Positions 29,437 through 38,869 of a DNA stretch of 64,000 nucleotides are shown one piece after another; the first letter of the stretch is position 1; each line of letters begins with the position of its first letter. A program made the translations under genes and the position numbers. Origin of the DNA: Candidatus Cloacimonadota bacterium (GTDB taxonomy: Bacteria > Cloacimonadota > Cloacimonadia > JGIOTU-2); the NCBI GenBank assembly GCA_049903315.1, contig JBNGBT010000001.1, positions 288,001 through 352,000 on the forward strand. The letters run 5' to 3'. The notes beneath the pieces were generated by a model. The model did not search any database, had not been told where the DNA came from, and was given only the letters and a program-made list of their open reading frames with translations.

Positions 29437-32412
29437 TTATTTCAAAGGTGCTGAAATGACGATAGGAACAGATTTACTCTTTATATCACCATTATCGGGA
29501 TTAACAACTTCCAGGTTACAAATATACAGTCCGGGAGGAAGGGTGTTCCAATTGTCATCTTTACCGTCCCATTCAAATGTGTGCATACCTGTAGACATTT
29601 CGTTCGTGAATGTGTTCACGAGCACACCCTCACTATTATATAATCGTAAGACAAGCTTATCTCCTGTACGAGAATGGAACTGGATCTGGAAGGTTTCTCC
29701 AAGTGTGGGGCAGAATGTATAATGGGGGACTTTCAGAATTGCAGAGAAATCAGTTATACCATAATCGTATTCATAGACCTCATCAGGTGCATCTTCAGGG
29801 AAGTAGAGCATATTCTGTTCTGCATCTTCCGCAGCAATATAGAAAAATACTACTGTTCCTGCGTCCTGTCCGGGTAGTTCGACTTCCCAGGAGTAATCCT
29901 TTGCCGGACTCATCGCCACCTGGCTGAAGGGATTTTGACGTACAGTGTTCCAATAAAGAATAGGATTTTGTAGAGAATCTGTAAATGTAAGCGTAATTGT
30001 GACTGCTTCACCTGGAGCAGGATCAAGGTTGGATATCACAACATTACCCCCAACACCTCCGCCGTGCGAACCAAGGTATTCAAAAGTATCAATTGGATAT
30101 ACGATCCATTCGGAGTTGCCTTCATCGGTACCAGCGGCTTCAGTCCAGTTTGTATTTCCATTTTCAACAGCAATTTTTCTTACAAGCGTATGATTTTGAG
30201 TTGCAGCTGTGACGCCGGCAACATTCCAGCCAGTGCCGGGATCATCAGTAGGAATTCCAATCACATCTGTAAGAGTCCATGTGGCACCGCCATCAGTCGT
30301 CATTTCTATTCCACGAGCATCATTTCCTGTAAAGTGTGCAACGCTGGGATAAGCAAGTGCTTCATCCGCAACACCAAGGATCGTCTGCGCTGCTTCATCT
30401 GCACAGATCACCCATACATCACCGGATGCAAGAGTTGCACCAGTCGGAAAACTATGCCAGTATTGCCAGCCATTTCCATTTACGGATTGGGCAATGCGGT
30501 AGTTATCAAGATAAAGAGTTTGGGATGATGCATTGTATAGCTCAAGAGCTTTATTATTACTCGAGCCTTCTATATATTCGGAAAATATGAGAATCCCTTC
30601 TGTAGGACCTTCTTCATAACCGGTAAAACCTATTGTACTGTTTGGTAATATTACATTGCCGGCAAGGTCTTCAACATTGTTTACAGTAACTGTGTAGGCA
30701 TAGCCGCCGGCCTGAGCTGTTGTAATAAGTTCTACGGTTTTGCCAAGCGATTGAAGTATTGCAGCAGTAACCGTCAGGTTTCCGATAGAATAGTTTGCAA
30801 TAGTATGTGCAGTAGTTTGATCAACCTGCTCATCAAATGTTACTTCGACCGCAGTTGCTGAAGTTGCATAGGCACTTGCCAAAGTGGGTGGAGTGGTATC
30901 ATTCTCACCATGTGCGCCAAGATATTCAAATGTATCGACTGGATAAACGATCCATTGTGAATTCTCAGCAGCTGTGCCAGCAGAAGTTGCCCAGTTCGCA
31001 GTACCTTCAGTAATTGAGGATTTACGAACAAGTGTATGATCATAAGTCGCAGCAGGAGTACCAGCAACATCCCAACCTGTACCGGGATCTTCATCTGGAT
31101 TTCCTATAATATCAATGAGGGTCCACGTCGTGCCGCCATCAGTGGTTTTTTCAAGACCACGAGCATCGTCACCGTTGTGGTGGACTACACTTGGATAGGA
31201 AAGTAATTCGTCTGCGACGGCTTGTAACTGAGCATCAGCTTCATCTGTGGTGATAACCCATACCTCACCGTCTACAAGGGTTGAGCCAGCAGGAAATTCA
31301 TGCCAGTAAGCCCAGCCGTTACCATTTACAGCCTGTGCTATCCTGTAATTAGTTAAATCTACAGTTGCACCAGAGCCGTTATAGATTTCAAGAGCTTTAT
31401 TCTGTGATGTTCCTTCAATGTATTCAGAGAAGAAAAGATCAGGTCCACTTCCGGGAGTATAGCCGGTAAAATTCACTGTGCTGTTCGGCACTATGACATT
31501 GCCATTCAGATCCTCTACATTATTGACCGTGATAGTATATGCAGTACCTGATTCCTGAGATCCTGTTGTTAGAATTACATGATTATTATTTTGTAGTGTT
31601 GCATCAGAAATTGTAAGAGCTGGTGAAATTACATAGTTGGACATAGTCTCTGCAGTGGTTTGGTCTAATCCTTCACTGAAGATTATACCCACAGTTGTTT
31701 CGTTTGATGCATTGGCAGAATTTATTGTAGGCGGAGTTGTATCTCCTCCGGATGTGGCAAAATCGTCCGCATCCCGCGGATTAATTCCATATTCATCATA
31801 ACTGTAATCAACTGCGCCTGTAATAGATGCAAAGGTGTCACCCACTGATGGACTGTCATACGTGTAAATCGCATCATCAATCTGACAGTTTCCAGATCCA
31901 TCATTGACATACCATTCTCCATAAGTGCTTGGACCCTGCGTTACTGTTACATCAGAAATTTTGACCAAACATCCTTCGTATGGTTCTCCGGTTGAGGGTG
32001 CCATAAGATCGCCTGTTGCTACGGATATGGCTGCAGGAATCGGGTTGCCAGTACTGAGTACGGACACATCTGTTAGATTCCCGATTTCTGTAAGTCCGAA
32101 GTATTCCTGCACTTCTCCTGTCACTTCGACCTCATCACCCTGGGATACAGAGTAGTCATAGCTAAAGACAAAAACACCATTCCATGCGCCGCCGGCTGGA
32201 TCAGATACGAAAAATCTATTACTGTTGCCTGATGAGTAATAGCCCGTAGCTGTGACAATGCCTGTGAAGGTTACAGTCTGTCCAACGAGGAGTGAAGGAT
32301 AGGTGCCGTCTCCAGCAATAGTTGTGTATTGTATGTCGTAGATCGTTGTTCCAATTAGCAGCGAGGTGGACATGCATACTACTAAAAATATAAGCGAAAA
32401 TTTACTTTTCAT
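29437..32412 (-). CDS. Surface protein: signal peptide, YhcR/ExeM-type OB folds, 2x(Ig-like + lamin-tail domain), FlgD-type CTD
   Basis: TIYDIQ..GQTVTFTGIVTA..GDEVEVTGEVQEYFGLTEI; duplicated DTTPPT Ig and FSEYIEG.S.NKALE.YN LTD units; FEWDGKDD..LPPGLYI; start 32412 (ATGA overlap with lspA). Confidence 0.85.
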   Translation of the reverse strand: MKSKFSLIFLVVCMSTSLLIGTTIYDIQYTTIAGDGTYPSLLVGQTVTFTGIVTATGYYSSGNSNRFFVSDPAGGAWNGVFVFSYDYSVSQGDEVEVTGEVQEYFGLTEIGNLTDVSVLSTGNPIPAAISVATGDLMAPSTGEPYEGCLVKISDVTVTQGPSTYGEWYVNDGSGNCQIDDAIYTYDSPSVGDTFASITGAVDYSYDEYGINPRDADDFATSGGDTTPPTINSANASNETTVGIIFSEGLDQTTAETMSNYVISPALTISDATLQNNNHVILTTGSQESGTAYTITVNNVEDLNGNVIVPNSTVNFTGYTPGSGPDLFFSEYIEGTSQNKALEIYNGSGATVDLTNYRIAQAVNGNGWAYWHEFPAGSTLVDGEVWVITTDEADAQLQAVADELLSYPSVVHHNGDDARGLEKTTDGGTTWTLIDIIGNPDEDPGTGWDVAGTPAATYDHTLVRKSSITEGTANWATSAGTAAENSQWIVYPVDTFEYLGAHGENDTTPPTLASAYATSATAVEVTFDEQVDQTTAHTIANYSIGNLTVTAAILQSLGKTVELITTAQAGGYAYTVTVNNVEDLAGNVILPNSTIGFTGYEEGPTEGILIFSEYIEGSSNNKALELYNASSQTLYLDNYRIAQSVNGNGWQYWHSFPTGATLASGDVWVICADEAAQTILGVADEALAYPSVAHFTGNDARGIEMTTDGGATWTLTDVIGIPTDDPGTGWNVAGVTAATQNHTLVRKIAVENGNTNWTEAAGTDEGNSEWIVYPIDTFEYLGSHGGGVGGNVVISNLDPAPGEAVTITLTFTDSLQNPILYWNTVRQNPFSQVAMSPAKDYSWEVELPGQDAGTVVFFYIAAEDAEQNMLYFPEDAPDEVYEYDYGITDFSAILKVPHYTFCPTLGETFQIQFHSRTGDKLVLRLYNSEGVLVNTFTNEMSTGMHTFEWDGKDDNWNTLPPGLYICNLEVVNPDNGDIKSKSVPIVISAPLK

Positions 32413-32972
32413 TCTTTCTCCAATATTTCTTCTTCTTTCGCAGAATTTTCTACAAAAAGATAATATATAATTAACAGGATAACACCGACAACTATGCATG
32501 AGTCTGCAATGTTGAAGACGTACCATCGGTCAATGTACCATTTGCCTATAGTGAGATTTAAAAAATCAACGTCAAGAAAGTCGGTAACTTTACCTAAAAA
32601 TATCCTATCTATAAGATTGCCGAATGCGCCACTCAGGATAAGCGTAAAGCTGAATCTTGGCAGTGAATGCTTATTCTTGATAAATAAATAAATGATTACT
32701 ATTATAGCAATAATATGTAATATTAATAATATTATATTTGTAAGATTTCCTAGTTTGGGATCGATGCCGAAGACAGCACCTTGATTCTCTACAAAAGTAA
32801 GCCGGAAGAAATTTCCCAGTACAGGAATCGAAGTAACATCTGTTTTTGTAAACAGATTTCGGATTGCCATTTTTGAGACCTGATCGAGTGCAAGAAAAAA
32901 CAAAAACAGCAATATATATTTTTTATAAGCGGAGTTATTATCTGTGATTATTATTGCTGATCCTTTCCTCAT
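32409..32972 (-). CDS. lspA: Lipoprotein signal peptidase II
   Basis: LDQVSK, ENQGAVFG, GAFGNLIDR, VTDFLD, VFNIADS. Confidence 0.95.
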   Translation of the reverse strand: MRKGSAIIITDNNSAYKKYILLFLFFLALDQVSKMAIRNLFTKTDVTSIPVLGNFFRLTFVENQGAVFGIDPKLGNLTNIILLILHIIAIIVIIYLFIKNKHSLPRFSFTLILSGAFGNLIDRIFLGKVTDFLDVDFLNLTIGKWYIDRWYVFNIADSCIVVGVILLIIYYLFVENSAKEEEILEKE

Positions 32973-33324
32973 TCCTCTTACATTCGATGCAAAGCTCTGT
33001 ATAAGGGATTGCTTTCAGACGCTCTGATGAGATATCTTCGCCGCAATAGTTGCAGATTCCATAGGATTTATCATGAATTCGTTTGAGTGCGCTATCAATA
33101 TTTTTCAAGTTTTTCAATTCACGATCCAGCATATATGTCTCTTTTTCTCTTTCATTGGAATCAGTTCCAAGGTCAGCTATGTGCGTGGCATATGAGGAAA
33201 CATTACCCACTGCTTCACGAATATTTTTGCTCCAGCTTTCATCAATTCCCTCAATGATTTTTACAACTTTCTTTCGTTCACCCATAAGCAGGTCTCTGAA
33301 AAAATCCAACTTTTCGCGTTCCAT
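32938..33324 (-). CDS. TraR/DksA C4 zinc-finger protein
   Basis: HIADLGTD, YGICNYCG..ERLKAIPY..CIEC. Confidence 0.92.
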   Translation of the reverse strand: MEREKLDFFRDLLMGERKKVVKIIEGIDESWSKNIREAVGNVSSYATHIADLGTDSNEREKETYMLDRELKNLKNIDSALKRIHDKSYGICNYCGEDISSERLKAIPYTELCIECKRNEERISNNNHR

Positions 33325-33333
33325 ACAACTCTC

Positions 33334-34161
33334 CTAACTTACTATTTCCTTAAGAAAATTCTGTAAGAGCACTTTTAATTTTGCCTGTGCTTTTTTGGCA
33401 ACCTCTTCGATACTGGTCTGGGCATGTGTGTCAGAATGGAAGAGGTTTGATAAATTTGTTATCGTTGAAATTCCCAATATTTTAAGCCCGAGGTATACGC
33501 CAACTATTACTTCGTGCACAGTTGACATGCCGACCATATCACCGCCGATAGTCTTGAGCATCTGGCATTCAGCAGTCGTTTCCAAACTCGGTCCCAGCAG
33601 CCCGACGTACACACCTTCCTTGAAGGGAATTTCATTATCCATGTATACTTTTTTTATGATTTGTAGATATTTTTTGTAATAAGCATCATGCATGCTGGGA
33701 AAACGAGGTCCGAAGCTCGGGTCATTTTCTCCAACAAGAGGGTTCATGCCCGTCAAATTTATATGATCATTCATCACAACCAGGTCTCCAACCTTCAGAT
33801 TCTCATTGAGCGAACCAACGGCATTTGTCACGATCAGTGTTTTAATGCCGAGTTCTTTTAAGACGAAAACCGGATATGTTGTTTCCTGCGCAGTGTATCC
33901 TTCGTAGCAATGAAGCCGACCCTGCATGATGACAATATTTTTGTTATTGAAAGAACCGAAAAGCAATTTCCCTTGATGCGAGGGAGCTGTAGAAGTTTTG
34001 AAATGAGGAATGTCGTGATAGGGTATTTCAAAATCAATATCTATAATATGTATGAGTTCATTAAGACCTGTTCCCAAAATAATAGCAATCTCGGGTCGCC
34101 TTTTATAGCGTAATCGAATAAAATCTACAGATTCGGATATAAGAGAACTAATCTTCTTCAT
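33334..34161 (-). CDS. punA: Purine-nucleoside phosphorylase (trimeric PNP family)
   Basis: IILGTGL, QGRLHCYEG, TNAVGSLN, GPSLETTAE, VGMSTVHE. Confidence 0.92.
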   Translation of the reverse strand: MKKISSLISESVDFIRLRYKRRPEIAIILGTGLNELIHIIDIDFEIPYHDIPHFKTSTAPSHQGKLLFGSFNNKNIVIMQGRLHCYEGYTAQETTYPVFVLKELGIKTLIVTNAVGSLNENLKVGDLVVMNDHINLTGMNPLVGENDPSFGPRFPSMHDAYYKKYLQIIKKVYMDNEIPFKEGVYVGLLGPSLETTAECQMLKTIGGDMVGMSTVHEVIVGVYLGLKILGISTITNLSNLFHSDTHAQTSIEEVAKKAQAKLKVLLQNFLKEIVS

Positions 34162-34834
34162 GTTTTCCTAAATTAAAACTGATTTTCGGTTTAGTTTTTG
34201 GTTCTTGTGTTTCAATGTCCTCTGCAGGTTTTTCGAGAATATCTTCTTCTTTTTCCTGTGGAGCAATTTCTTCTTTTTTCTCAATTATTGGAGGTAATTC
34301 TATTTCTTTTTTAAAATCATGAGTTCTGAAGTCCGGTGGAGTGATGATCGGATTATCTTTTTTCTTCGCATCATCTTTATCTTTTTCAAATTCCTTTTGA
34401 ATGAGTTCGAGCATAGTATTTATCTGAGATTTAAATGTAAGCAGGAAGGTTTTTTTCTTATCCTTCAAGTTCACATAATCATGCTCCAGAATGCTCAGAT
34501 AATCTTTTGCTTTTTTGACACGTTCCCGAGACGATAACTCGGCATCTTTTATAATATTCTTTGCTTCTTTATCAGCGCTTTTAAGTGTATCTTCTTTGAG
34601 TTTTTCTGCAAGAATAAGTGTACGTTTGAGCAGGTCTTTTTGCTCCTCAATATTTTCGAGTTTTTGATCTCTATCTTCGATCTCTTTTTGAAGAGCTTTT
34701 ATTTTTCTTTCCAATCCTTCGATCTGATCTGCGAGCATTTCCAGGAAAGCTTCTACTTCGGGTTTATTGAAACCGCTGAAGGATTTTGTGAATTCTTTAC
34801 CTCTGATCTCCGAAGGGGATATAGTATGTTGCAT
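34148..34834 (-). CDS. divIVA: DivIVA domain protein
   Basis: ISPSEIRGKEFTKSFSGFNKPEVEAFL followed by coiled coil. Confidence 0.88.
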   Translation of the reverse strand: MQHTISPSEIRGKEFTKSFSGFNKPEVEAFLEMLADQIEGLERKIKALQKEIEDRDQKLENIEEQKDLLKRTLILAEKLKEDTLKSADKEAKNIIKDAELSSRERVKKAKDYLSILEHDYVNLKDKKKTFLLTFKSQINTMLELIQKEFEKDKDDAKKKDNPIITPPDFRTHDFKKEIELPPIIEKKEEIAPQEKEEDILEKPAEDIETQEPKTKPKISFNLGKHEED

Positions 34835-34843
34835 TGTCCCTCG

Positions 34844-35107
34844 CTAATATATTGTTAATCTGATTAACAGACTTCGTACTAATTCCAAGAGAAGAATTAC
34901 TACGATTGGTGAGATGTCGAAATTTTGTGAAGGGATGATGTTCCGAACGATCTTGCGTGCCGGTCCGAGAACCGGTTCTGTCACCTGCACGAGAAATTGT
35001 ATAAATGGATTTGCATAATTTGGATTGAACCACGACATGACTGCCCGAATGATAATGAGCCAGATGTAGATCATTATAACAAAATCAATAATGCGGATGA
35101 GGGTCAT
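34844..35107 (-). CDS. yggT: YggT family membrane protein
   Basis: IIRAVMSWF, VTEPVLGPARK, DISPIV; start 35107 overlaps the tdk stop. Confidence 0.9.
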   Translation of the reverse strand: MTLIRIIDFVIMIYIWLIIIRAVMSWFNPNYANPFIQFLVQVTEPVLGPARKIVRNIIPSQNFDISPIVVILLLELVRSLLIRLTIY

Positions 35108-35673
35108 TTCGTTTCCTTTGGCGATTGAAAGCATCTTCTGCATCGCGCTTCATATATGTCTTTTTCTCCAACGAGAATCTCTTCATCGTTATCTACAAGA
35201 CGCTGGGTGCGGTTTGCCGGATTGCCGCACTGCATACATATCGCAAGTGTTTTTGTGATGTATTCTGCGGTTGCAAGAAGTTCGGGTATTGGATGGAATG
35301 GTTTGCCGCGATAGTCCTGATCGAGTCCGGCAACGACAACCCTTTTTCCTTCATTTGCAAGCTTCTGGCATACTTCGACAAGTCCTTCGTCAAAGAATTG
35401 AGCTTCATCGATGCCCACGACTTCAGTCTCTTTTTTGACCTGCTCATAAAGCTGCTGGGAATTATCGACCTGTTTGGAGTTAAGCTTTGATTTATTGTGT
35501 GAGACAATATATTGATGATGGTACCTGTTATCTATAGTTGGTTTAAATATTTGAAAGGGATGTTTAGCGATTTCGACACGTCGCATCCTGCGGATAAGCT
35601 CTTCGGTTTTGCCGCTGAACATGCTTCCGCAGATAACTTCTATCCAACCAGTTTGACCTTTAACAATATTCAT
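35104..35673 (-). CDS. tdk: Thymidine kinase
   Basis: GSMFSGKTEELIRR, IDEAQF, AGLDQDYRG, CMQC, YEARCRRC. Confidence 0.96.
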   Translation of the reverse strand: MNIVKGQTGWIEVICGSMFSGKTEELIRRMRRVEIAKHPFQIFKPTIDNRYHHQYIVSHNKSKLNSKQVDNSQQLYEQVKKETEVVGIDEAQFFDEGLVEVCQKLANEGKRVVVAGLDQDYRGKPFHPIPELLATAEYITKTLAICMQCGNPANRTQRLVDNDEEILVGEKDIYEARCRRCFQSPKETK

Positions 35674-36002
35674 ATGCTACTCCACGTTTGCGTAATTTGG
35701 AAGCGTGGTTTTTTATGTCAAATTTTATGATGATTGGAGAATTTCACATTGGCACGCAGATTTGGTTTATGAAAAATTTGAAGCATCGTTCGGAAGAATT
35801 ATTTAGAAAGTCTTTAATATAAAATGTATACATCTATTAAGCGTGATAACCAATCATTTATATTAACCAAATTAAATTTGACAAAAATATACTCTGAATC
35901 AAAAGAAAATGTGGAGTAACCATGAATCAAAAAAATTGTTTGTGCGGAGTGTGTTTTTATAGAAATGAAATTGCTATCGATTTTTATTAATAGGGAAGCG
36001 AT

Positions 36003-38471
36003 ATGAGAAGAATAGTATTTTTAGGATTGATAATTTTCTTTGCTTTAGCAAATTTGTTATCTGCGAATGACAAGTACCTCACCTATACCCAAACCTTTCC
36101 CTGGATAGGACCCGAAGGCGAAGACCCGGAGGTTGTCTTTGCAGATTTAATTGAGCAGGATAGACTCATATCTGTTCTTCATTATGAAAGTCGGTTTTGG
36201 TATGACTGTTACAAATGGCATAACGATATTGGAAAAATTAGAAATGATTGTTTATACAAAATAAAAGTGTCCTGTTGTGTTTCGAATAATTATAAAAAAC
36301 ATGTTGTCCACACCCCTCCAAATAGAGATCCAACTACGATAATCGTCGATATCAACGGCACAGGTAATTATACTTCAATTCAAGAAGGTATAAACAATTC
36401 AGTAAATGGTGATACAATATTAGTATATCCCGGAACATACTTCGAGAATATAAACTATAATGGTAAAAACATAACGGTTGCGAGTTTATACATTACGACA
36501 CAAACAGACTCTTTTATTCATAAAACAATAATTGACGGTAACCAAAATGGGAGTGTGGTTACGTTTGAAAGCGGCGAAGATACAGCTGCTGTTCTTTGTG
36601 GGTTTACTATTCAAAATGGAAGTGGAACTGAACAAGGTAATTTTATCGTAGGGGGGGGGATCTTTTGTATTAATTCGCAATCCACAATAAGTAATTGTAG
36701 GATTAGAAATAATCTGAGTCAATTCGGGGGAGGAATTTGTTTATATAACACCTTTATTAATATTAGTGATGTTGATATATTTGATAATCATGCAATATCA
36801 TGGGCAGGCGGGATAGGTTTTTATAACTCTTTCGCTCTTTTTGATCCTATTAACCGATGTGATATATATTTAAATTATTCAGGGAATGGTTCGGATTTAA
36901 GAGCTTTTGTTAATACAACTTCTGTGTCTGTATTTGTTGATACTTTTACGGTAAGTAAACCAACAGACTATTATGTGTCTCCCTTAGATCAATTCACAAT
37001 TGATATTAAGAATTGCAAGGTTAACATTGTAGATAGTGATTTATACGTGAGTCCATCAGGAGACGATGCAAATAGTGGTTTTTCACAAACTGATCCTTTG
37101 AAAACACTATCCTATGCGATGACAAAGATTAGTTCCGACAGCACGAGCTGTAATAGGATATATTTATCGAATGGAACGTATTCGCCCTTCACGAATGGAG
37201 ACATATTTCCGATTAATTGTAAAGATTATGTTTCTCTTCAAGGGGAGAACAAGGATCAAACGATTCTTGATGGGAATAGTGAATATTATTTATTGTATTC
37301 ATACGAAGACGGCGATTATTCAATAAGAGATATTACATTTCAAAATGGCTTTAATGATATAACAGGGGGAGGTATAAGTATCCACTATGGTCATAATATT
37401 TTGGTAGAGAATGTAAATTTGCTCTCTAATAGAGCTGACATAGGCGGAGGGGGATTAAATATATTTGAGTCACAAGGAATATTCAAGAACTTAACAATAC
37501 GCAATAATTCATCCAATGGAGGGGGGGGGATAAGAATTTCTAATAATTCGAATCCTGTATTAATTAATTGTATTATTGATAGTAATTATATTCTTACACC
37601 TGGTTGGGGAACTACTGGAGGAGTAAGTTGTGTTGTTGACTGTAGTCCGGTTTTTATTAATACACGTGTTACCAATAACATCTCCGATGAATGTAGTGGT
37701 ATGGGTTTTGGAAGTAGCAATCCAATATTGATTAATTGTACAATTTGTGATAATTCAGACAATCCAGATGGTACAATTAATATAGGTGATAATACTATGA
37801 TTTTGAAAAATAATGTTATTCTACGTAATTATTCAGAATTTGAGATAACATATTGGGACACTTATCCACCCAGTGTAGCTGAAGTATATTATACAAATAT
37901 TAAAGACAGCATCAACGGCATCAATACCAATAACAACGGAACTATCATATGGGGAGACGGCAATATAGACGAAGACCCATTATTTGTTGGTGGCGATCCG
38001 TTTAGTTACGAGTTAACGAAATATTCACCCTGCATCGATGCAGGCACACCGGACACAACAGGACTACATCTTCCTGCAACGGATTTAGCGGGTAATCCAA
38101 GAATTTATAATGGCAGGATAGATATTGGAGCATACGAGTATCAAGGATATGGTATAGACGAACCTGATACAAGTTTTATTCATAATTTGTATTTATTTAA
38201 AAATGCACCAAATCCTTTTAAGGAATCCACCACAATATCTTTTATCTCAGCAGATTATGAAAGGATAAAAGAATATACACTTTCTATATACAATACTAAA
38301 GGCCAGCTTGTAAGAAGATATAATGGGAACGAGGAGAATTTTTGGGTAAAGACGGAGATCGTGTGGAATGGCACGGACGAACAGGGCAAGCAGGTCGCAC
38401 CCGGAACGTATTTGTACAAATTGGAATACAATGGACATGCAGTAGTTAGAAAAATGGTATTGCTTCGCTGA
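36003..38471 (+). CDS. Secreted parallel beta-helix (pectin-lyase-like, DUF1565-like) protein with FlgD/T9SS CTD
   Basis: TSIQEGIN..GDTILVYPGTYFEN, GGGI repeats, LYVSPSGDDANSG, SPCIDAG, IDIGAYE, NAPNPF..IYNTKGQLV. Confidence 0.88.
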   Translation: MRRIVFLGLIIFFALANLLSANDKYLTYTQTFPWIGPEGEDPEVVFADLIEQDRLISVLHYESRFWYDCYKWHNDIGKIRNDCLYKIKVSCCVSNNYKKHVVHTPPNRDPTTIIVDINGTGNYTSIQEGINNSVNGDTILVYPGTYFENINYNGKNITVASLYITTQTDSFIHKTIIDGNQNGSVVTFESGEDTAAVLCGFTIQNGSGTEQGNFIVGGGIFCINSQSTISNCRIRNNLSQFGGGICLYNTFINISDVDIFDNHAISWAGGIGFYNSFALFDPINRCDIYLNYSGNGSDLRAFVNTTSVSVFVDTFTVSKPTDYYVSPLDQFTIDIKNCKVNIVDSDLYVSPSGDDANSGFSQTDPLKTLSYAMTKISSDSTSCNRIYLSNGTYSPFTNGDIFPINCKDYVSLQGENKDQTILDGNSEYYLLYSYEDGDYSIRDITFQNGFNDITGGGISIHYGHNILVENVNLLSNRADIGGGGLNIFESQGIFKNLTIRNNSSNGGGGIRISNNSNPVLINCIIDSNYILTPGWGTTGGVSCVVDCSPVFINTRVTNNISDECSGMGFGSSNPILINCTICDNSDNPDGTINIGDNTMILKNNVILRNYSEFEITYWDTYPPSVAEVYYTNIKDSINGINTNNNGTIIWGDGNIDEDPLFVGGDPFSYELTKYSPCIDAGTPDTTGLHLPATDLAGNPRIYNGRIDIGAYEYQGYGIDEPDTSFIHNLYLFKNAPNPFKESTTISFISADYERIKEYTLSIYNTKGQLVRRYNGNEENFWVKTEIVWNGTDEQGKQVAPGTYLYKLEYNGHAVVRKMVLLR

Positions 38472-38479
38472 CGCTGTGC

Positions 38480-38815
38480 AATGTAAAATTTAAAATGGAA
38501 AATGTGGAATCGACGACTCTGCCGTCTTGAACCTTGCGAACGGTTAAAAACCTTCGCAAAGATTTTCCCTGCAAATCGCAAATCTAAAATCGTTAATCTA
38601 CAATCTTCAATCGCTATTTCGTACTGAACTCTATTCTCTCTTCGGGATTATGAAGTCCACCCCGAAAAAGTAACTTTTGCGAAAGTTCTATATCTTTTTT
38701 CATAATTACAATTCTTTTCGTGCACTTTCGTGATTTTCGTGGTTAAAATTCTCTGTGTACTCTACGCTTCTTTGCTTGTTGCGGCGGAGTGCAACGAAGA
38801 CAAACGTTCTTTGCG
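38480..38815. repeat. Mosaic of short repeats: 7-mer arrays, AACCTTGCGAA/TTCGCAAAG REP and TTCGTG arrays
   Basis: AATGTAA-like x4 (38480-38510); aaccttgcgaacggttaaaaaccttcgcaaag (38530-38561); AAATCGC/AAATCTA 7-mers (38573-38612); tttcgtgcactttcgtgattttcgtggttaaa (38716-38747). Confidence 0.65.
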
Positions 38816-38817
38816 TG

Positions 38818-38853
38818 AAAAAAAAGCCGTCACGTAATGGTCCATGACGACTC
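38818..38853 (-). terminator. Intrinsic terminator after the C10 peptidase gene
   Basis: Minus strand GTCGTCATG-gaccatta-CGTGACGGC followed by a T9 run. Confidence 0.75.
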
Positions 38854-38869
38854 TTCAAACAGCTCTCAT

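Noticed and set aside
32413..32526. Extended N-termini from the ORF track (also at 18158, 60517, 7600, 14076, 35143)
   Set aside because: They overlap upstream genes; downstream ATGs with an RBS, signal peptide or domain start are more plausible.
32409..35107. yggT-divIVA-punA-dksA-lspA as part of a novel salvage system
   Set aside because: Resembles a common housekeeping gene neighbourhood, so punA linkage is only weak support for the nucleic-acid utilisation idea.
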